Source of the DNA: an uncultured Acidimicrobiaceae bacterium
Lineage (GTDB): Bacteria > Actinomycetota > Acidimicrobiia > Spongiisociales > ZC4RG35
Assembly: GCA_964558575.1 (NCBI GenBank)
Contig: CAZLEQ010000008.1
Coordinates: forward strand, 1,274-65,273
Reading direction: 5' to 3'
DNA length: 64,000 bases
Positions 35,333 through 44,303 of the stretch are shown piece after piece. Below the pieces are notes generated by a model, which was given only the letters and a program-made list of their open reading frames with translations, was not told the origin of the DNA and did no database searches. The stretch's first letter is position 1; each line of letters opens with the position of its first letter. The position numbers and the translations under genes were made by a program.

Positions 35333-35698
35333 TTACTCCTGTTCTTGTTCTGACGTCGTTCCGTTCGACCGGACCAGGGCCCGGTACATGTCGAGCAGGA
35401 TTCTCTTCTGCTCTCCGTCGAGGCGGCTGTCGTTCTCGATCGCCTCGAACACCGATGCTGGAGGCAACTCCTCATCGATCAGGCCGGCACGCTTGTAGAG
35501 CGTGTTGGACGAGATCTCGAGGGCACGGGAGAGATTCTTGAGGATCTCTGCCGAGGGTTTGCGGATTCCCCTCTCGATCTGACTGAGGTAGGGGTTGGAA
35601 ATCCCGGCCGCCTCGGCCAGTCTTCTCAAGGAGAGGTTCGCTCGCTCCCGCTGGGCTCGGATAAACTCGCCCAGGTCGCCATGCTTGCTCTCGTTCAT
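35333..35698 (-). CDS. XRE-family helix-turn-helix transcriptional regulator (Rv0474-like)
   Basis: LG.FIRAQRERANLSLRRLAEAAGISNPYLSQIERG.R.PSAEIL; 121 aa, located 4 nt upstream of the HbhA-like gene. Confidence 0.85.
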   Translation of the reverse strand: MNESKHGDLGEFIRAQRERANLSLRRLAEAAGISNPYLSQIERGIRKPSAEILKNLSRALEISSNTLYKRAGLIDEELPPASVFEAIENDSRLDGEQKRILLDMYRALVRSNGTTSEQEQE

Positions 35699-35771
35699 CT
35701 GATGTAAGCATACAGCTAACTGCTAACAATTGCAAGCAGTACTGATGGCGCCGACTTTGGCAAGTTGGCCA

Positions 35772-36166
35772 CCCGGACCGTTCAGCTGTGCCGCTACCGG
35801 GAGGTCTACTTCGCAAGAGGTCGTGTGGGCATGGGGATTCCTGCCAAACAGACGCTGGTCGGCCCGCTGCTGTCACTCTCGTCAGTGCTGTTCGCGGGAG
35901 TTAGCGAAGAGTCGATTGTCGCCGGACTTCGACAGGTTGCCTCCCCGAACTGTTCGGCTCGAGCTCCCGGGGGCCACTTCCGAGTAGTCCCTTGGAGACG
36001 GGAGGACTTCCTGTCGAACAGACGCCGGTCCGGTGGCTGCTGCCGCGCCAGTTGGAAGTGCTCGGGGAAGTTGAAGGGGCTTCTGTCGCGCCCGCCGGAC
36101 TTCGACAGGTTGCCCCCCGTACGTTCAGCTGTGCTGTCCAACCGATGCCGGTCGGCCAGGCGTCGA
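35772..36166. repeat. Degenerate tandem repeat, about 172-bp unit, about 2.3 copies, non-coding
   Basis: Units start at 35772, 35944 and 36116, each beginning CCCG.AC.GTTC.GCT. The 21-mer GCCGGACTTCGACAGGTTGCC is identical at 35921 and 36094, a spacing of 173 nt (not a multiple of 3). Confidence 0.7.
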
Positions 36167-36898
36167 TCAGCTCACTACCGCGCCAAAGGCCTGACCGATG
36201 AACCAGGCGAGGACACCACCGACACCGGCCACGACCATGTTCTCCAGACCGGACCTGACCCAGGAGGTCTTGGCGACATAGGCCTTGACCACTCCGACGA
36301 TGAACAATCCGGTCACCGAGAGGATGGTGGCGACGATCAGGGCAGAAGTCGCTGACTCCATGAACACGAAGGGGACCACCGAGGGCGCCGATCCGGCGAG
36401 GAACAGGAAACCGGCCGCGAACATCGCCCGGAACGGTGACCGGCGCTCGGAGTCGACCACACCGAACTCGAGGGCCCCCATCGCGTTGAGGAGCGCGGTG
36501 TCGTTGTCCTCGAAAGCTGCCATCACGTCGTCGAGATGCTCGCCACGAATCCCCATGTTGGTGAAGAAGCCGCGCAGCTGATCGAGCTCCAGGTCCCGGA
36601 ACTCACGGATGTGAGTCTTCTCCAGAGTCAGCTCGGCTTCCAGAACTTCATCCTGGGACTTGGTGGCGAGATATTCCCCGGCTGCCATCGACACCGCCCC
36701 GGCGATCGCACCCGCCACGGCGGTGAGCAAGACCTGGCCCCTGTCGAGCCCTCCACCGACCACGCCCACCACGAGCAGGAAGATCGACACCAGTCCGTCG
36801 TTGACCCCGAGGATGATGTCACGCCAGTACTGGCGAGTCTCTCCTATGTGCGGGATGTATCCCTTGGGAAGCTGCTCCTCGACGGCCACGTCCGCCAA
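36167..36898 (-). CDS. VIT1/CCC1 family iron/manganese transporter
   Basis: R..ILGVNDGLVS, SMAAGEYLATKSQ, a cytoplasmic metal-binding helical insert, and C-terminal TM helices; 243 aa. Confidence 0.85.
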   Translation of the reverse strand: MADVAVEEQLPKGYIPHIGETRQYWRDIILGVNDGLVSIFLLVVGVVGGGLDRGQVLLTAVAGAIAGAVSMAAGEYLATKSQDEVLEAELTLEKTHIREFRDLELDQLRGFFTNMGIRGEHLDDVMAAFEDNDTALLNAMGALEFGVVDSERRSPFRAMFAAGFLFLAGSAPSVVPFVFMESATSALIVATILSVTGLFIVGVVKAYVAKTSWVRSGLENMVVAGVGGVLAWFIGQAFGAVVS

Positions 36899-36936
36899 TC
36901 TTACGGTGCTGGCTAGCTAGCCTCGACCACCACACA

Positions 36937-37947
36937 ATGATCATCGTGATGCGCCCGGACGCGACCGAGGCAGAGATCGCCAGTGTCGTCGAGCGGCTGC
37001 GGTCGTTGGGGGCGGACGTGAGCGTGTCTTCGGATGTCGACCGCACCGTCGTCGAGGGCTCGGTCGAGTCGACGCTCCAGGACGGCGCGCCCTGGGATTC
37101 CTTCCCCGGAGTCGAGCGGGTGATGCCGATCGTGCCCGGCGGTCGGCGGGTGGGCCGTGACTTCCAGTCGGAGACGACGGTGGTGACGGTGGGTCCGGTC
37201 GAGATAGGCAGCGGATCGCTGGTGGTCGTTGCCGGGCCGTGTGCCGTCGAGACCCGGGATCAACTCCTCGAGACCGCCACCGCGGTTCGCGATGCCGGGG
37301 CGGTGATACTGCGCGGTGACGCCTTCAAGCCGAGGACGTCCCCCTACAGCTTCCAGGGTCTGGGCAAGGCCGCCCTCGAGATCCTCTCCGAGGCCAGGGC
37401 CCTGACCGGTCTTCCGTTCGTCGCCGAGGTGTTGGATCCCCGTGACGTCGATCTGGTGGCCTCCTATGCCGACATGATCCGGATCGGGACCAGGAACATG
37501 TCCAACTACGCCCTGTTGCGCGAGGTGGGGAGACAGAGCCGCCCCGTCCTCCTCAAGAGGGGGCGGGGTGCAACGGTCGAGGAGTGGATCGATGCCGCCG
37601 AGCACGTGCACAGTTCGGGGAACCCGAGCATCGTCCTGGTCGAGAGAGGCGTCCGGGGATTCGATCCCGCGGCGCGTAACACCCTCGACCTGACCGCGGT
37701 GCCGGTGGCCCAGACGCTGACCCATCTTCCGGTCATGGTCGACCCGTCCCACGCCGCGGGGAGAAGAGACCTGGTTGCGCCGCTGGCGCGTGCCGCGGTC
37801 GCCGTAGGGGCGGATGGCGTGCTGCTCGACGTGCATCCCTCACCTGACACCGCTCTGGTCGATGGCGCTCAGGCATTGGTCCCCGACGAGTTCGCCAGGC
37901 TGATGGTGGAGCTCCAGGCGGTGGCTGACGCATTGGGCCGCGACTGA
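36937..37947 (+). CDS. 3-deoxy-7-phosphoheptulonate (DAHP) synthase, type I-beta, with an N-terminal ferredoxin-like regulatory domain
   Basis: MIIVMRPDATE... N-domain, then AGPCAVE, LRG.AFKPRTSPYSFQGLG, IGTRNM.N, LLKRG, DPSHA.GRRD. Confidence 0.9.
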   Translation: MIIVMRPDATEAEIASVVERLRSLGADVSVSSDVDRTVVEGSVESTLQDGAPWDSFPGVERVMPIVPGGRRVGRDFQSETTVVTVGPVEIGSGSLVVVAGPCAVETRDQLLETATAVRDAGAVILRGDAFKPRTSPYSFQGLGKAALEILSEARALTGLPFVAEVLDPRDVDLVASYADMIRIGTRNMSNYALLREVGRQSRPVLLKRGRGATVEEWIDAAEHVHSSGNPSIVLVERGVRGFDPAARNTLDLTAVPVAQTLTHLPVMVDPSHAAGRRDLVAPLARAAVAVGADGVLLDVHPSPDTALVDGAQALVPDEFARLMVELQAVADALGRD

Positions 37948-37963
37948 GGCCCTTCTGGAGGTC

Positions 37964-37998
37964 GTGGGGCCGATATATCGGCCCCATAGCATTAGGAA
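37964..37998. repeat. Family 1 REP-like hairpin repeat, right-arm orientation (GGGGCCGATATATCGGCCCC-ATA-GCATTAGGAA)
   Basis: Read directly. It lies between the convergent DAHP synthase and M20 genes. The TAA stop of the M20 gene (37992-37994) falls inside the GCATTAGGAA motif. Confidence 0.7.
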
Positions 37999-39146
37999 CG
38001 CGTGAGCGATAGGACGGCGGCAGTGCCGACGTGTAGGCCGATCGCGATGGCGTCCTCGTTCAGGAGGAACGAGGACGAGTGGAGGTCGCCCCCACCGGAC
38101 GCGGTTCCCAACCGGAGGAGCGCACCGGGGGTCCTGGTCAGGTACTCGGAGAAGTCCTCTCCCCCCATCGAAGTCTCGGTTGGTACCACGACGTCGGGCC
38201 CCAACTCCCGGCCGATAGCCGCGGTCGCCCGCTCCAACACCGCTTTGTCGTTGACTACAGGGGCTATCCCCTGCTGATAGTCGAGGGTGTATCCGGCGCC
38301 GCTCATGGCGAGGATCGAGGCCAGCGTCTTGTCGACCAACGATGGAAGGACGTCCCAGAGACGGGAGTCGAGGGTCCGAACCGTTCCCGTCAGCACTACT
38401 TCTGTGGGGATCACGTTCGGGGCATCGCCTCCATGTATCGACCCGAAAGCGACGACGACCGGCGACCGGGGGTCGACCGCGTTGCGAACCGCCATCGGGA
38501 GCTCGGCGGCTACGCGCGCCGCCGCGGTGACCAGATCTACCGTCTTGTGCGGTCGTGAGGTATGGCCGCCCGGGCCGTGCACCGTGATCCTCATCGCATC
38601 TGAACCCGCGGTGATCGCTCCGACTCTCGCCCCCACCCGACCCACGCGGAGGGTCGGATCCACGTGGAAAGCGAGCAATCCGTCGAACCCGTCCACCAGG
38701 CCCTCCTCGACCAGCTCGATGGCGCCGCCTGGAATCGACTCCTCGGCGGGTTGGAAGAGGATGCGAACTCCCCTGTCCGGCGTCAGCCGGGAGAGGATCA
38801 CCGCGATGCCGGCGGCGATCGCGGCGTGGGCGTCGTGCCCGCAGGCATGCATCCAGCCCTCGTTGTCGGATCGGGGTGAGTTGTCGGCCGGTTCCTCGAT
38901 CGGAAGCGCATCGATGTCGGCGCGAAAGCCGACCCGGGGGTCGGTGCCGACGTCGACCCAGCCGCCGGTCTTGGGGTGGCGGTCGCTGAACTCGAGCCCG
39001 GCCGTACCGAGGAATCGATCGATGAGATCGGTGGTCCGGTATTCGTGATGTGCCGGCTCCGGGTTGCGGTGCAGCAGCCAACGCAATTCGACCACCTGAG
39101 GGGTCAACTCCTCCACCAGCCCCGCCAGCTCGTCAGGGCCAGGCAT
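37992..39146 (-). CDS. M20 family amidohydrolase (N-acyl-amino-acid amidohydrolase/hippuricase type)
   Basis: HACGHDAH, FQPAEE, GG.APNVIP, and MGGEDFS motifs; 384 aa. Confidence 0.85.
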   Translation of the reverse strand: MPGPDELAGLVEELTPQVVELRWLLHRNPEPAHHEYRTTDLIDRFLGTAGLEFSDRHPKTGGWVDVGTDPRVGFRADIDALPIEEPADNSPRSDNEGWMHACGHDAHAAIAAGIAVILSRLTPDRGVRILFQPAEESIPGGAIELVEEGLVDGFDGLLAFHVDPTLRVGRVGARVGAITAGSDAMRITVHGPGGHTSRPHKTVDLVTAAARVAAELPMAVRNAVDPRSPVVVAFGSIHGGDAPNVIPTEVVLTGTVRTLDSRLWDVLPSLVDKTLASILAMSGAGYTLDYQQGIAPVVNDKAVLERATAAIGRELGPDVVVPTETSMGGEDFSEYLTRTPGALLRLGTASGGGDLHSSSFLLNEDAIAIGLHVGTAAVLSLTRS

Positions 39147-39169
39147 GGGTCGAGACTAACCGGGCCTGT

Positions 39170-41752
39170 TCAGTCATAGAAGAGAGACTCGAACGTCCTT
39201 CGGGACCGTCGGGTGTACTTCCGGTACTGCTCGCGCAGTATCGCGGTGCGATCCAGGCCGAGCGAGGCGGCCAACCGGGCGGTCGCCCCGGGATCGGTGG
39301 GGAGGGAGTCCGACGGGCGACCACTCTGCAGATGGAGCCGGAGCCGTACTCTCGTGCAGAAGAGGTAGGCGTCGTGGAGAGCGTTGAAGTCGCCGCTGGT
39401 GAGGATGTCGGTGTCGCGCAGGGCGCGTAGCGCAGGAAACGTGCCGGGCATCCGGAGCTCGGGGATCCGTCCGCCATGTCTGAGCTGGAGCAGCTGGACG
39501 ACGAACTCGACGTCGCTGAGACCACCGGGACCAAGCTTGAGGTGGAAGTCGGGGTCCTCATGGGATGGTATCCGCTCGGACTCGACTCTCGCCTTGATCT
39601 CTCTCACGCCACGTGCGATCTCCGACGGCAGCTCTCTGCGCCACACCAGCGGGTCGATCAACTCGAAGTATTCGTGGAGTAGCTCGTCATCCCCCCCTGC
39701 CGGGCGTGCCTTGACCAGCGCCAGCAGCTCCCACGGCTCCACCCACTCTTGGTAGTAGCGACGGTAGGACTCGACCGATCGCGTGATCGGCCCTTTCCGT
39801 CCCTCCGGCCGCAGACCGGCGTCCAGCTCATAAGCGTCGCCGTGCCGGTTGGGACGAGAGAGGATCATCTCGAGGGAGGCGGCGATCTGGGCACCCTGAT
39901 CGGGCCGGCCGTCGCCGTGGATGTAGATGAGGTCGATGTCCGAGCCATAGGACAACTCACGGCCTCCCCATTTTCCCATCGCCACGACGGCGAACCGGGT
40001 GTCGGGCGGGTCGATCATGTGCAGGGCGCCGACCAAGGCGGCGTCGGCGCTGTCGGATAGAGCCAGCAGGGTCGACTCGGGAGGGGCAGCCCCGAGAATG
40101 TCATGGGCCGCGATCCGCAGCTTGCGCCGCCGGACGAATCGGCGGATCGTTCCGATCTTGGACTCCTCGTCGGGACGAGAGTCGAGCAGTCCCAGCAGGC
40201 GCTCGGTGGCGTCCTCTCGATCGCGGATCGTCCCCAGAGCGTAGTCGTCGGCCAATCTCGGGATGAACTCGGGTATCCGGTCGATGAGATCGCCGACCAG
40301 CTTTCCGGTGCCGAGCAAGGTGCAGAGGCGCTCACCGGCCACCGGGTTGTTCTGGAGCAGGGTGATGAGAGCGCCATGGTCGCGGGTGTGTGCCATCAGG
40401 AGTCGCAGTTGAGCGAGCCCGAGATCAGGGTCGGGCGACTGGGAGAGCCAGTCGAGCATCAGGGGGAGCACTTGCTGCATCACCCGGGAGCGCCGGCTCA
40501 AGCCAGCGGTCAGGTCGCTGACCGCCTCGGTGGCCGCCACCACATCGCGGAACCCGAGCGCCTCCAGCCTGATCGCCGCCGCCGCCGGGTCGAGCCGGGC
40601 GTCTTTCAGCCCCACCAGGGATTCGAGAATCGGGCGGAAATAGAGGCGCTCGTGGAGATCGCGGGCGGTCTCGCGAACCTCTGCCAGGCGTCGGTCGAAC
40701 TCGGCGGCCGGGTTCTGGCTGAAACCGAGAGCCCGTCCCAGCCAGTCGCGGTCCTCCTCGGTGGTGGGGAGGATGTGGGTCTGTTTGAGCTCGCGCAGCT
40801 GCAGCCGATGCTCGACGTCTCTGAGGAACCGGTAGGCGTCGGCGAGTCGTTCCGCCTCGGTCTCCTCGACATAACCGTGATACATGAGCGCTTCGATGGC
40901 ACCGAGAGTCGAAGTCACCCGGAGGTCGGCGTCGAACCGCCCGTGCACCAGCTGGAGCAGTTGCACTGCGAACTCGATGTCCCTGATGCCGCCACGCGAT
41001 CGCTTGACATCTCCCGCGCCCGCCCCTTCCTCTGTCTGGGCCTTGATCGCCCGGATGCTGCGGAGCGCGTCGACGTCGAGGCCTTCGTCCCAGATGATGC
41101 GATCGCACATCTCTCTGAAACGACGGCCCAGATCGGGATCACCGGCGGCGGGCCGCGCCTTGAGCAATGCCTGCAGCTCCCATGCCTCGCTCCACCGGGA
41201 GTAGTACCCGGAATAGCCGTCGAGGCTGCGGGAGAGCGGTCCCATGGTTCCTTCCGGCCGGAGGTCGGCGTCGACGTTGAGAGTGGGTCCGTCGAAGGTC
41301 GGGGCCGACATGGTCGAGATCAGGCGGCTGGCTATGCCCAGTGCAGCTGCCCGACTCTCGGCGTCCCGACCTGCTCGTGGCTCGTGCACGAACACGAGGT
41401 CGATGTCGGAGTAGTAGTTCAGCTCCCGAGCTCCCCACTTACCCATGGCGATCACTGCGAACCCGATCTCCCGGGAGATGGGATGGCGCTCGGCGACATG
41501 GTCGATCGCAGCCTCCAGTTCGGCTGCCACCAGGAGGTCGATCTCGTCGGAGAGGCGGGCCGTGGTCTCTTCGAGGGTCGCCTTCCCGGTGACGTCGTCG
41601 ATAGCGGCATCGATCAGGAGCGATTGGAGCTTGACGCTGATCGTGTCCTCGGCACGCGGAGGGTCCGCCAGATGTGGGCGCTGCAGCAGGGCATCGGCGA
41701 GGGGTGGGCTCACCAGACGCAGCGTGGCGGCGAGTTGCTCGAGGTCGTTCAC
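39170..41752 (-). CDS. glnE: Bifunctional glutamine synthetase adenylyltransferase/adenylyl-removing enzyme GlnE
   Basis: Two nucleotidyltransferase modules are present (GKWGARELNYYSDIDLVFVHE and GKWGGRELSYGSDIDLIYIH), each followed by a GlnE helical domain. The start was set at GTG 41752, because the 257 upstream codons of the track ORF are antisense to nadE. The start is uncertain. Confidence 0.8.
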   Translation of the reverse strand: MNDLEQLAATLRLVSPPLADALLQRPHLADPPRAEDTISVKLQSLLIDAAIDDVTGKATLEETTARLSDEIDLLVAAELEAAIDHVAERHPISREIGFAVIAMGKWGARELNYYSDIDLVFVHEPRAGRDAESRAAALGIASRLISTMSAPTFDGPTLNVDADLRPEGTMGPLSRSLDGYSGYYSRWSEAWELQALLKARPAAGDPDLGRRFREMCDRIIWDEGLDVDALRSIRAIKAQTEEGAGAGDVKRSRGGIRDIEFAVQLLQLVHGRFDADLRVTSTLGAIEALMYHGYVEETEAERLADAYRFLRDVEHRLQLRELKQTHILPTTEEDRDWLGRALGFSQNPAAEFDRRLAEVRETARDLHERLYFRPILESLVGLKDARLDPAAAAIRLEALGFRDVVAATEAVSDLTAGLSRRSRVMQQVLPLMLDWLSQSPDPDLGLAQLRLLMAHTRDHGALITLLQNNPVAGERLCTLLGTGKLVGDLIDRIPEFIPRLADDYALGTIRDREDATERLLGLLDSRPDEESKIGTIRRFVRRRKLRIAAHDILGAAPPESTLLALSDSADAALVGALHMIDPPDTRFAVVAMGKWGGRELSYGSDIDLIYIHGDGRPDQGAQIAASLEMILSRPNRHGDAYELDAGLRPEGRKGPITRSVESYRRYYQEWVEPWELLALVKARPAGGDDELLHEYFELIDPLVWRRELPSEIARGVREIKARVESERIPSHEDPDFHLKLGPGGLSDVEFVVQLLQLRHGGRIPELRMPGTFPALRALRDTDILTSGDFNALHDAYLFCTRVRLRLHLQSGRPSDSLPTDPGATARLAASLGLDRTAILREQYRKYTRRSRRTFESLFYD

Positions 41753-41806
41753 GGATGTCAGGCTATGACGTCGGACTTCGAAGAGCCACGGCGTATCGTG
41801 ACTGGC

Positions 41807-43465
41807 ATGGCCCTGAGGGTTGCCGGAGCGCAACTGAACCTGACCGTCGGCGATGTTCCCGGCAACGAGGAGAAGATCGCGGCTGCCATGAAGCGCGCCG
41901 AGGAGGCAGGGGCCGACATCCTCCTGGTCCCAGAGCTCGCCATCACCGGATACCCACCCGAAGATCTGGTGTTGCGTCGAGACTTCGTCGAAGCCAACAT
42001 CGAGGCTCTCCATCGTCTCGCCCGCGGGTCGGGGAGTACGACGACGGTGCTGGGCTTCGTCGACTTCGCCACGGGCAAGGGCCAGGGCGCAGAGGACGCC
42101 GAGCCTCGCTCGGTGGCCAACGGAGCCGCGGTCATATCCCACGGCGAGCTGCGTGGTGTGTACCACAAGGTGCTTCTCCCCAACTACGGGGTGTTCGACG
42201 AGGATCGCTATTTCATCGAGGGGGCCGATCCGGGTCGGGTCTGGGAGATCGAAGGGGTGACGATGGGAGTCTCCGTTTGTGAGGACATCTGGCGCCCCGA
42301 TGGCCCCCCCGCCCGGCAGGCCGCCAACGGCGCCCGGGTACTCCTCAACATCAACGCTTCCCCCTTCCATCGAGGGAAAGCCGAGGAGAGAGAGGCGATG
42401 CTCGCGGCCAGAGCGCGGTCCGGCACCGCCTCGGTGGTCTATCTCAACCTGGTGGGGGGTCAGGACGAGTTGGTCTTCGACGGAGCCTCGGCGGTGATCG
42501 CCCCCGACGGCCGGTTGCTCCACCGTTCACCACAGTTCGAGGAGGACTTCTTCATCGTCGACGTCCCGGTCGGAGACGAGGAGACCGCCGCAGGAGGCGT
42601 CGCCTCGTTGCTGGAGCCGACCGAGGAGATCTATCGGGCCTTGACCACTGGTCTGCGCGACTACTGCCGCAAGAACGGCTTCGCGGGGGTGGTGGTCCAA
42701 CTCTCCGGAGGCATCGATTCCGCGGTCTCAGCCACCATCGCCGCCGATGCATTGGGCCCGGATTCGGTCTGGGGAGTCGGCATGCCGACCAGGTTCTCGT
42801 CGCAGCATTCGGTCGACGATGCCCGCGTCCTGGCAGAGAACCTGGGGATCCGCTTCGACGTCGTCCCCATCGACGGTGTCTATGAGTCTCATCTCGATGC
42901 TCTCTCCGGGATCTTCGAGGGGACCGAGTTCGGCGTGGCCGAGGAGAACCTACAAGCGCGCGCCCGTGGCACAGTGGCGATGGCCATCTCGAACAAGTTC
43001 GGGCCGATGGTGCTCGCCACCGGGAACAAGTCGGAGATGGCGGTGGGATACGCCACTCTCTACGGCGACATGGTCGGCGGATATTCGGTGCTCAAGGACG
43101 TGCTCAAGGGGGTCGTCTACGAGTTGGCGCGGTGGCGGAACAAGGACGGCGAGGTCATACCGCAGAACAGCATCGACAAACCACCATCGGCCGAGCTACG
43201 CCCCAACCAGAAGGACTCCGATTCACTCCCCCCATATGACGTGCTCGACCCGATACTGGAGCGATACATCGAAAACGACATGGGAGTGGCCGAGATCGTC
43301 GCCGAGGGCTACGACGCCGAGACGGTCCTGGAGGTGGCCCACCTCGTCGACCGCAACGAGTACAAGCGGCGCCAGTCCGCACCGGGGGTGAAGATCACCA
43401 CCAAGGCGTTCGGGAAGGACCGTCGGTTGCCGATCACCAACCGCTATCGCCCGAGCATCCCGTGA
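41807..43465 (+). CDS. nadE: Glutamine-dependent NAD+ synthetase NadE (nitrilase-like domain plus synthetase domain)
   Basis: The CN-hydrolase N-domain has LLVPELAITGYPPEDL and VSVCEDIW. The C-domain has the SGGIDSAV P-loop and NKSE.AVGY.TLYGD. The start was set at ATG 41807, because the upstream 568 codons are antisense to glnE. Confidence 0.85.
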   Translation: MALRVAGAQLNLTVGDVPGNEEKIAAAMKRAEEAGADILLVPELAITGYPPEDLVLRRDFVEANIEALHRLARGSGSTTTVLGFVDFATGKGQGAEDAEPRSVANGAAVISHGELRGVYHKVLLPNYGVFDEDRYFIEGADPGRVWEIEGVTMGVSVCEDIWRPDGPPARQAANGARVLLNINASPFHRGKAEEREAMLAARARSGTASVVYLNLVGGQDELVFDGASAVIAPDGRLLHRSPQFEEDFFIVDVPVGDEETAAGGVASLLEPTEEIYRALTTGLRDYCRKNGFAGVVVQLSGGIDSAVSATIAADALGPDSVWGVGMPTRFSSQHSVDDARVLAENLGIRFDVVPIDGVYESHLDALSGIFEGTEFGVAEENLQARARGTVAMAISNKFGPMVLATGNKSEMAVGYATLYGDMVGGYSVLKDVLKGVVYELARWRNKDGEVIPQNSIDKPPSAELRPNQKDSDSLPPYDVLDPILERYIENDMGVAEIVAEGYDAETVLEVAHLVDRNEYKRRQSAPGVKITTKAFGKDRRLPITNRYRPSIP

Positions 43466-44268
43466 TCACCCAAGTCCTCATCAACGGCTCCGCGTCCGAC
43501 GGGAAGATCCCGGTCACCGACTCCTCCGTGTTGCGAGGGGACGGATGTTTCGAAGTGCTCAAAGCATACCGGGGCAAGCCCTTCGCCCTCGACGAGCACC
43601 TGGACAGACTGGCCCGCAGCGGGAGAGCTCTCGGCATCGTGCTACCGGATCGGTCCCAACTCGCCTCCTGGATCGAGAAGACCGCGGCCGAGGTGGTCGA
43701 CGGAGCCGTTCGCGTGGTGGTCACCCGGGGCTCGAGCGTCCCCGGGCTCGAAGCCCCGTCGAACGTGATCGTCTTCGGTCACGTCTGGGACAGGGGATCC
43801 GAGCTGGGTCGTCTCCTCCCGGTCGTGGCGCCTTGGCATGCCGCCGGAGTCGACTGGGACCTGGCTGGTGCCAAGGTGATCTCGTATGCCCCCAACATGG
43901 CGGCCACCCGCCGTGCCATCGCCGAGGGTTTCGAGGACGCCCTGCTGGTGACCCCCGAGGGAGTGATGCTCGAGGGCCCAACCTTCTCGGTGGGCTGGGT
44001 GTTCGACGGGCGACTGGAGACCCCGGGGCTGGAGTTGGGCATCCTCGACTCGATAACGCGAAGGATCGTCCTCGAGATCGCCGAGGAGATCGGAATCGAG
44101 GTGGAAGAGGGGAGGTGGGACCTGAGCCGGCTCGACTCGGCCACCGAGGTCACCGCCTGGTCGACGGTTCGTGAGGTGCAACCGGTGGCGGCGGTGGGGG
44201 AGCGGACCTGGGACCCGGGTCCGGTGACCGACCGTCTCCGGAGTGTATTCGCAAAGCGGGTGGGGTAA
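43462..44268 (+). CDS. Class IV aminotransferase (branched-chain aminotransferase / aminodeoxychorismate lyase family)
   Basis: RGDGCFEV, HLDRL..S, V.TRG, K.ISY..N......A...G..DALL, EGPT.S, GILDSITR. Overlaps the nadE stop by 4 nt. Confidence 0.8.
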   Translation: MITQVLINGSASDGKIPVTDSSVLRGDGCFEVLKAYRGKPFALDEHLDRLARSGRALGIVLPDRSQLASWIEKTAAEVVDGAVRVVVTRGSSVPGLEAPSNVIVFGHVWDRGSELGRLLPVVAPWHAAGVDWDLAGAKVISYAPNMAATRRAIAEGFEDALLVTPEGVMLEGPTFSVGWVFDGRLETPGLELGILDSITRRIVLEIAEEIGIEVEEGRWDLSRLDSATEVTAWSTVREVQPVAAVGERTWDPGPVTDRLRSVFAKRVG

Positions 44269-44303
44269 GGAACCTTCTCGCACTAGCGTTTCGTTCTGTC
44301 GAT

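Noticed and set aside
35765-36355. ORFs of 196 aa (plus strand) and 111 aa (35806..36141, minus strand) across the 470-bp gap.
   Set aside because: The ~172-bp repeat units, including the exact 21-mer, fall in different reading frames of these ORFs because the 173-nt spacing is not a multiple of 3. The plus-strand ORF runs antisense into the VIT1 gene. There are no motifs. I consider the region non-coding.
39170-43465. Two overlapping ORFs of more than 1100 aa on opposite strands: 39170..42523 minus and 40103..43465 plus.
   Set aside because: Only the part of each ORF that carries recognisable domains is real: GlnE from about 41752 downward and NadE from about 41807 upward. The remaining ~260 and ~570 codons are each antisense to the other gene. 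They are Arg/Gly/Pro-rich and typical of open antisense frames in high-GC DNA. I trimmed them instead of calling overlapping genes.
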